A DNA stretch of 20,000 bases from an uncultured virus (IMG/VR IMGVR_UViG_3300028888_000118) (Duplodnaviria > Heunggongvirae > Uroviricota > Caudoviricetes): IMG/VR virus record IMGVR_UViG_3300028888_000118; one strand, written 5' to 3'. Of this stretch, positions 13,911-20,000 are shown piece by piece. A program made the translations under genes and the position numbers. The notes beneath the pieces are model-generated. The model was not told the origin of the DNA and did not search any database. It saw only the letters and a list, made by a program, of their open reading frames with translations. Each line of letters starts with the position of its first letter. Within the stretch, counting starts at the first letter, position 1.

Positions 13911-14429
13911 TCAGTAATATACACCCTGATCAACAACGCTATATGTCTGTCCGGTATCAACTGATACAGCACAGCACTTCCCAGATGTTTTAGAAAATCC
14001 TACATATTCGTATTCGTCAGCGTTATTCCATTCAAAGGTAAAGATTGTTCCGATAGGAAGTTCACTCAATTTTGATTTTCTTCTTTTTGGAATTTCGACT
14101 CCACGATATCTTGCCCATGCAATTGCAAGTGCAATACGTGGATCAAATTTATCTTTATCATTCTGACATACGGCGTAACCACGCCTGTTATGACGTAATG
14201 ATATAATCTGAACTACTGTACGATTACGTTTTCTGTGTGTGTATACAGCGAATGGTAAAGCGTGTTGTGAATTATAGTTAGAGTCCAAAGTCCACCTACC
14301 ATCGGAAGACCTGTGTGCGTCTTTAATAGAATCAAGCAATATACCTGCCTTGTAATCTGTAATACCTGCAACACAGAAAAATTCAGCACACTGCTTTTTT
14401 ACCCAATCTTCAAATGAAATAATCTTCAT
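13911..14429 (-). CDS. hypothetical phage protein
   Basis: 172 aa, GAAAGGTG RBS; G.A.C...D.FD.RIALAIAWAR motif seen in phage proteins. Confidence 0.75.
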   Translation of the reverse strand: MKIISFEDWVKKQCAEFFCVAGITDYKAGILLDSIKDAHRSSDGRWTLDSNYNSQHALPFAVYTHRKRNRTVVQIISLRHNRRGYAVCQNDKDKFDPRIALAIAWARYRGVEIPKRRKSKLSELPIGTIFTFEWNNADEYEYVGFSKTSGKCCAVSVDTGQTYSVVDQGVYY

Positions 14430-14461
14430 AACTTACACCTTTCATTATTTTAGTTTCATTG

Positions 14462-14584
14462 CTACCTACACGCATACTTCTGCGCGAGTTTCTTCTTGTT
14501 AGGAATGACCATCGGTCTGTGCATATCCTGTCTCATTTTTCTTTCTGACTTATTTTGGAGTTTAAGTTGTCTTTTAGCATTCAT
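14462..14584 (-). CDS. small basic peptide (40 aa)
   Basis: Manual translation MNAKRQLKLQNKSERKMRQDMHRPMVIPNKKKLAQKYACR; GAGGT RBS; directly behind a promoter. Confidence 0.65.
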   Translation of the reverse strand: MNAKRQLKLQNKSERKMRQDMHRPMVIPNKKKLAQKYACR

Positions 14585-14632
14585 TTTATTTACCTCTTTC
14601 TTATCGACTCATTAACTTTTCCTTGCAAATAT

Positions 14633-14661
14633 AGTATAACATATTTCAAAGAAAATGTCAA
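14633..14661 (-). promoter_or_regulatory. sigma-A-type promoter
   Basis: TTGACA-N17-TATACT with extended TG. Confidence 0.88.
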
Positions 14662-14696
14662 GTAGTTTTTAGAAATTTTTCGTTTCCAATAACGTA

Positions 14697-14746
14697 AAAC
14701 AAATAGGTAGCAAATTGCTTATTTTTGTGCAACTTGCTACCTATTT
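14697..14746 (-). terminator. intrinsic terminator
   Basis: AAATAGGTAGCAA...TTGCTACCTATTT hairpin right after the HD gene stop. Confidence 0.75.
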
Positions 14747-14752
14747 CAATTA

Positions 14753-15439
14753 TTATGTATTTGTAATGAAATAATCTTCGCAACTGTCTGAATTGTCATT
14801 GTCTGTGAACTGGTCATCCGGAATATACTTAAAATCAGGATTTTCAATTACATATGTAGAAAACATATCTGCTCTGTTTAGTGCAAAGGCAAGCGCGTTT
14901 CTGGAATATGCAAATCCTAGTTCCTGTTTGTTGCTGTAATCTGATAGATCATACGGTCCCATATGCCAATAGATCGCCTGTGCTTCTTCATCCGTAAGAA
15001 TCATGTAGCGGTTGATGATCTGCAAGGATAGCGCGGCATGTCCCATACAGAACTTTGTAGAATCGTACTCATAGCACTTCTTTTCTTCCCATACGCCAGA
15101 TTCCTTGTTCTTTACGTTTTTCCATACAGACTTATATCGACCAATCTTACAGAGATCATGGAAAAGTGCTACAATTGCAATAGATTCATCAGACCACTTC
15201 TTACGCCAATTTTTACCGTAGATAAAATTCATTTCATCAAGCAAAGCATAGTAAACATTAAGTGAGTGGTCAAGCAGACCACCGTCATAACTTCCGTGAT
15301 ACTTAGTAGACGCAGGACTTGTATAGAATCCGGAATCTTCAAGATATTCCATAAGATTATAAATCCCGTCACGCTTGATATTCTCGGTAACAATTCGGAT
15401 AAAATCCTGTTTCTGCTGTTCATTTGACATCTCAAACAT
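14753..15439 (-). CDS. HD-domain phosphohydrolase
   Basis: PASTKYHG..GGLLDHSLNV, LFHDLCK, AIYWHMG, ADM motifs. Confidence 0.9.
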   Translation of the reverse strand: MFEMSNEQQKQDFIRIVTENIKRDGIYNLMEYLEDSGFYTSPASTKYHGSYDGGLLDHSLNVYYALLDEMNFIYGKNWRKKWSDESIAIVALFHDLCKIGRYKSVWKNVKNKESGVWEEKKCYEYDSTKFCMGHAALSLQIINRYMILTDEEAQAIYWHMGPYDLSDYSNKQELGFAYSRNALAFALNRADMFSTYVIENPDFKYIPDDQFTDNDNSDSCEDYFITNT

Positions 15440-15450
15440 CTTAATTCTCC

Positions 15451-16719
15451 TTATACACAAATCCAACATCTGTTCTTAGAACGTGTGACCGCGACATAAT
15501 AAACCTTAAATTCATCAGGATTACTTGTTCTGCCGTTTGCGGGGAATTTTCCGTAAACTAGCACGTTTTCAGCTTCACCGCCCTTAGATGCATGTGTAGT
15601 CATTACCTTAATACACGGTTTTGACTTTATTTCGACCATCTGTTCATCACTGACTTGCGATGGCTTGTAACAATAGAACTTTTTTCCCAACTCTTTTAAC
15701 TTTGCTTCAACAATTCCACATTCTCTGTTCGATCTAGTAAGAATTAGCCAATCCTCATTCTCATTAACACCCTTAAGAACATCGTCCAACTGTGATTTTG
15801 AGAAAAATTTTAATTCTCCGGCATTCTCGTTCATCGGAATTGTCTCTTTAACAATGATATTCGGGGCTTTCCGGATTACAGTGTTAGCGTATCTCAGAAT
15901 ATTCTTAGCTGTTCTGTAATTCTCGGTCAAGAAGAAATGCTCCCATTCAGGATTTTCCATCAGTGATAGGAAAATCTGAACGTCACCACCCTTAAACTGA
16001 TATAGTTCCTGATAGTCATCACCGATCACGAAGTTGTTCTCAGCATTAAGTCCTCTAAGAAAGTTATATTCAAGACATCCAATATCCTGTAATTCGTCCA
16101 CAAACAGATACTTCAAAACAGTTTTAGTGCTATTGAAATACTCTGTAGATAATTTTAGAAGTTCGTCAAATGTAATTACATTATTTGCTTTACAGAGTGT
16201 TTTAACAGTCGTTTTATATGATTGATTGTTTACAATTCCTAGTAAAATTAACAATTCTTCATATACACTGTAATTTGAAAAGCTATTTGGAATTTCAGAT
16301 TTACTTATACTACCGCTTGTCGCTCTCTTGTAAAGCCTAAGATATTTCAGATAATCATCCATTGTACATCTATGTGCATATCCGTTATCAATTAGATACT
16401 TCATATACTTTGTTTGAAATTCTTCTGAAAATATATCAAAGTCATATCCAGACTTTCTTAAAAGTTTATGTGCATATGAATGAATTGTTCCGACAAAGCA
16501 CTTATCATAATTCGGAATATCCGATAGTCTTGAAATCAACTCATCTGCCGCAAGGTTTGTGAATGTGATTACCACAACGGAGTTAGGATCAACTCCGTCA
16601 TGTAGTAATCTTCTGACGCGCTCTACAAGTGTCCTAGTCTTTCCAGAACCGCTTCCGGCATCAACAATGATGTTCTTTGCGTTACTATTCACAATTTCAA
16701 GTTGTTGCTTACTAAGCAT
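15451..16719 (-). CDS. UvrD/PcrA-like SF1 helicase (compact)
   Basis: AGSGSGKT, ITFTNLAA, GTIHS, VDELQD, GDDYQ, NYRT, TTHASKGGE, YVAVTRSK. Confidence 0.93.
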   Translation of the reverse strand: MLSKQQLEIVNSNAKNIIVDAGSGSGKTRTLVERVRRLLHDGVDPNSVVVITFTNLAADELISRLSDIPNYDKCFVGTIHSYAHKLLRKSGYDFDIFSEEFQTKYMKYLIDNGYAHRCTMDDYLKYLRLYKRATSGSISKSEIPNSFSNYSVYEELLILLGIVNNQSYKTTVKTLCKANNVITFDELLKLSTEYFNSTKTVLKYLFVDELQDIGCLEYNFLRGLNAENNFVIGDDYQELYQFKGGDVQIFLSLMENPEWEHFFLTENYRTAKNILRYANTVIRKAPNIIVKETIPMNENAGELKFFSKSQLDDVLKGVNENEDWLILTRSNRECGIVEAKLKELGKKFYCYKPSQVSDEQMVEIKSKPCIKVMTTHASKGGEAENVLVYGKFPANGRTSNPDEFKVYYVAVTRSKNRCWICV

Positions 16720-16745
16720 TGTTTTTTACCCTCTACTTTTATATT

Positions 16746-17900
16746 TTAAGCACCTACAAACATTTCCACGTTTTTCATGATCATTTCACGGATTTCTGCA
16801 TTTTCCTCATTTTGTAGAAAAGGAATCAAGTCAGGCTGACCGTGAACTTTAATATCTACCAGATTTCCATTCTCATCTTCGCGTGTGAGAAGTTCACCTG
16901 TTTCAATATCAATAAATGTGAACCAACCACCCGCCTTGTGAATGATATCTTTTGTGATTGCAATATCAATAATATCACACAGCGCATTAATTCCGTCAGC
17001 GTATGTAAGTGTATAGAATCCAGACTTTCTGTCAGGCTTGCAAATTTTAGTCTTTTTAACACTAATGAGAACTCTATGCCCAAACGGAGAATCAAAACTC
17101 TTTTTAACATCCTTGAATTCTTCATCAAATGGTGTACCTTGTCTAAATTCAAGTCTTACAGAACAAACGTGCTTCCAACATCTTCCGCCCGGAGTTACAG
17201 TTGTAGGTCCGCCGTATCCTGCATTCAGGTTGTCTCTCACCTGATTGATGCCAATAAGCGCACAATTTGTTTTAGCACAAACCAATTCTACCTTTTTAGA
17301 GAACTTTGTTAGTGCTCTTGAAATTCCGCCGTAGGTTGCATCCTCTACAGTCTTTTCCATTTCCTGCTGTGACACCATCATGCCTAGACTGTCAATAACA
17401 CAAAGACCGATCTCTCCGGTATCAATAATCTGCATACACATTTCAAAGATTTCTTCTGCGGATTGTGATTCCGGAGACATATAATATAATGCTCCAACAT
17501 CTACACCTAGTACAGTTGCCCAATCATCATCAAATGTATTTTCGCAATCAATCCACATAACACGTTTAGGCCCGGATGATCTAAGTTCAATTAACTCTGC
17601 GGCTTCTGTCTTATTTAGTTTGTCTCTTGACTCTAACTCAGATACACGTAAATCATATTCCTCTTGAAACAGCTTTTGAGCATTTCCGGCAATATCAAGT
17701 GCAGTTGTTGTCTTACCTGATCCCTCATCACCCGCAAACTCTGTAATACGTCCTCTAGGAATTCCGCCATATAGCATATAGTTTGCTCTAGGTGAGGAAA
17801 AAGGAATTCTATCACATTTGTGAACAATAGTACCAACACTAAATAAATCCGCTTTGTACTTCTTATTAAACTCAGCAAATAAAGATTCTGATTTATTCAT
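16746..17900 (-). CDS. recA: RecA recombinase (phage type)
   Basis: GGIPRGRITE, GDEGSGKTT, VIDSL, INQVRD, TPGG, KAGGWF. Confidence 0.95.
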   Translation of the reverse strand: MNKSESLFAEFNKKYKADLFSVGTIVHKCDRIPFSSPRANYMLYGGIPRGRITEFAGDEGSGKTTTALDIAGNAQKLFQEEYDLRVSELESRDKLNKTEAAELIELRSSGPKRVMWIDCENTFDDDWATVLGVDVGALYYMSPESQSAEEIFEMCMQIIDTGEIGLCVIDSLGMMVSQQEMEKTVEDATYGGISRALTKFSKKVELVCAKTNCALIGINQVRDNLNAGYGGPTTVTPGGRCWKHVCSVRLEFRQGTPFDEEFKDVKKSFDSPFGHRVLISVKKTKICKPDRKSGFYTLTYADGINALCDIIDIAITKDIIHKAGGWFTFIDIETGELLTREDENGNLVDIKVHGQPDLIPFLQNEENAEIREMIMKNVEMFVGA

Positions 17901-18547
17901 ACGCTATCATTTCCCCTATCGTATATGATGCATTTATCATTATCATTCATATAAATGATACTCTTGTTTTCACGCTTACGGAAGTCTTTCAGATATTCAA
18001 CAATCCTTGCACAAATATCATGTGTACTAAGTTTTTCTGTTTTGATACAAGATGTCATAATGTCAAATGCATTTGATACATCAAGATACTTATCATCATG
18101 CTTTGCACGGCGATTCCACTCTTTCTTATCATAAGAACCACGCTCAATTGATCGCTGTTTTCTCACATCATCAGAACAAAGTAGATAAACAATAAAGCAG
18201 TTATTTGAGCCGTACTGATCAATGTACTCTCTACAACCGTCAATGTCCATAATTGTTACGTAATCTGTTGTTTCTACGTTATCAACTACAGAACTTCCAT
18301 AATACCATACTGTATCAATTCCATCAACATTTGTTTCATACTTACGATATTCAAAGATCGTTCCATCTTTAAGAGAATTTAGAAATGATTCTGTATCAGT
18401 GAAATTATATTCAACCCCATCTGTTTCAGAATCCCGCTTCGGTCGTGTCGTTGTAGAAATAATCGGCTTAAAATTAAAATTGTTTACAAGTTCTGACATC
18501 GTTGTATCTTTTCCAGAACAACTTTTTCCAACAATAATCGTAATCAT
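17897..18547 (-). CDS. guanylate kinase-like nucleotide kinase
   Basis: GKSCSGKDT, STTTRPKRDSETDGVEYNF, WYYG. Confidence 0.88.
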   Translation of the reverse strand: MITIIVGKSCSGKDTTMSELVNNFNFKPIISTTTRPKRDSETDGVEYNFTDTESFLNSLKDGTIFEYRKYETNVDGIDTVWYYGSSVVDNVETTDYVTIMDIDGCREYIDQYGSNNCFIVYLLCSDDVRKQRSIERGSYDKKEWNRRAKHDDKYLDVSNAFDIMTSCIKTEKLSTHDICARIVEYLKDFRKRENKSIIYMNDNDKCIIYDRGNDSV

Positions 18548-18549
18548 AC

Positions 18550-19071
18550 TTAACTTCTTTCCCTACTAACTGTTGATCTTGAAAGTTCCATAGCGGCAAC
18601 TCTACGTCCTAACACCTTTTTCGCACTCTGCAAAAGTTCAAGCGCATATGCAAGTTTAGCTTTGATCTGATTATATGCACGTTCGTATACAATAAGTGCT
18701 ATATCTTCATTGACAAGTTCAGATTCAGCCTTTGCCTTTCTAAACCCTACTGTTCCAACTGCTTCACTATATAATTTATTGTATAGAAATTGCCTGTTTG
18801 TAGCCGATACATCATGACGGATTCCTAGTCTTTCTTGTGATTCGCTTGCAAAATACATTTGTGCAGGAAGTGTCATGATGATATCATCCAACTCTTGATC
18901 TGTGATAGGTTCTGACGTATCACCTGCCTTATTGAGAATGTCCGCAACATATGCAACATAGGCATCCAACTTATCACAACATTTATCAACAAGACCGTTT
19001 ACAAGTTCATCTACATATAATGCATCACTTTCAGTATTATCCATACACTGTTCTACTAGATGTTCAACCAT
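18550..19071 (-). CDS. helical hypothetical protein, possible recombination mediator (UvsY-like)
   Basis: All-helical pattern, located in the recombination block; function is inference only. Confidence 0.5.
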   Translation of the reverse strand: MVEHLVEQCMDNTESDALYVDELVNGLVDKCCDKLDAYVAYVADILNKAGDTSEPITDQELDDIIMTLPAQMYFASESQERLGIRHDVSATNRQFLYNKLYSEAVGTVGFRKAKAESELVNEDIALIVYERAYNQIKAKLAYALELLQSAKKVLGRRVAAMELSRSTVSRERS

Positions 19072-19597
19072 TGGTATATTCACCCCACGTATCATTGGAA
19101 AGTTTATGAAGTTTCTTCAACGCCGATTCACCGATATAGTCAAACATAACACGTTTCTTAACTCCATCAATTATAAAATGCGGTATAGCGTTTTCTCCGG
19201 TAATATCAGAAATATTTAATGAAGCGTGACCGGATTCTCTATGTGCAATTAAGTCTTTAATATTTACAAATACTGTAATATCATAGTCTATAAACCATAC
19301 ACACACTCCGGCTATACAGCGTTTGATCTTACTTTTTTCTGTCATGCCGTTCCATTGATTAGCTGTAATCGCGCCTTTATAATTCAGAGTGTTTCCATAC
19401 AGGCATTTACATTCAAGATAGAACATATCCGGAGAATGAAACATAGAAAAGTCACAGATATTTTGCACACCGGAATATCCGCCCATAGGATCAGGAAGTC
19501 TATCAAATGACACGCCGCTAAGAGATTCAAAGCATTTCCGTATCCGTGCTTCAAAATCCTTACCCCTGTTTGTTTTCTTAATTCCATCCATAATCAA
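19064..19597 (-). CDS. RecU-like Holliday junction resolvase
   Basis: NRGKDFE..I, CDF, YLECK and ITANQ..M motifs match the RecU pattern. Confidence 0.8.
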   Translation of the reverse strand: MIMDGIKKTNRGKDFEARIRKCFESLSGVSFDRLPDPMGGYSGVQNICDFSMFHSPDMFYLECKCLYGNTLNYKGAITANQWNGMTEKSKIKRCIAGVCVWFIDYDITVFVNIKDLIAHRESGHASLNISDITGENAIPHFIIDGVKKRVMFDYIGESALKKLHKLSNDTWGEYTNG

Positions 19598-20000
19598 TCA
19601 TCCCTTTTACATACTGTCCTATATGGACAATACTGACAAATCTTAGATGTCACGGATTCCTCTCTCGGCGGAACAGTTTTATCATGAACATGCTTATCAC
19701 ATTCATTAAGTCTGTCAACAATAAACTGTTTTTTATCAGCGTCAACATGGAAAAGGTACGGTTTCTTTGAACATAAATCACGGTTTTCATATAGGAATAA
19801 AACATCGTCAATTCCCAATTCAAGTGCATACGTATATGCCTGATAGTAGTGTCCTTCATCAACACTAAATCTGTTCATCCACTTAAAAGATGATTCAGTT
19901 TTTATTTCAAGAATATAATACTTTCCCTTGTATTTGATAATGCCGTCACAGAGGAAAATCAGATTTCTATCTTTGTCGAACAACTTTGTCTCAAAGTTTT
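19594..20000 (-). CDS. Cas4/RecB-like PD-(D/E)xK exonuclease, C-terminal part
   Basis: CDGII, ILEIKT, QAYTY and C-terminal CQYCPYRTVC; start lies beyond the window. Confidence 0.85.
   Translation of the reverse strand, partial: NFETKLFDKDRNLIFLCDGIIKYKGKYYILEIKTESSFKWMNRFSVDEGHYYQAYTYALELGIDDVLFLYENRDLCSKKPYLFHVDADKKQFIVDRLNECDKHVHDKTVPPREESVTSKICQYCPYRTVCKRDD

Noticed and set aside
1..20000. Stop-codon reassignment (TAG or TGA)
   Set aside because: Long conserved genes are intact under code 11, TGA and TAA end most genes, TAG appears to end two, and no suppressor tRNA was found.

Overview
AT-rich window of what is most likely a large phage of Firmicutes/Clostridia, with all credible genes on the minus strand. 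The right end (14.7-20 kb) is a recombination/replication block: Cas4-like PD-(D/E)xK exonuclease, RecU-like resolvase, helical protein, guanylate kinase-like protein, RecA, UvrD-like helicase and HD protein. The left end carries a phage-encoded clamp loader (dnaX/holB/holA-like), small phage ORFs and a second resolvase-like nuclease. The middle (5.5-14.7 kb) is an accessory region with 13 tRNAs, an EcoRI-family adenine MTase plus DUF262-HNH pair, a vWA protein, a 3D-domain-like membrane protein and most of six near-identical sigma-A promoters. The tRNA region is also packed with structured non-coding elements. The best candidate for an undescribed system is a 216-aa coiled-coil gene followed by a ~390-nt nested-stem RNA that carries an in-register 7-nt AAAGUUY array and an embedded tRNA-like module. 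Other candidates are a three-copy covarying RNA motif with triple-helix-like features, a circularly permuted (Y-RNA-like) tRNA mimic, and a second expanded tRNA mimic. All RNA structures were folded by eye; no database searches were run.
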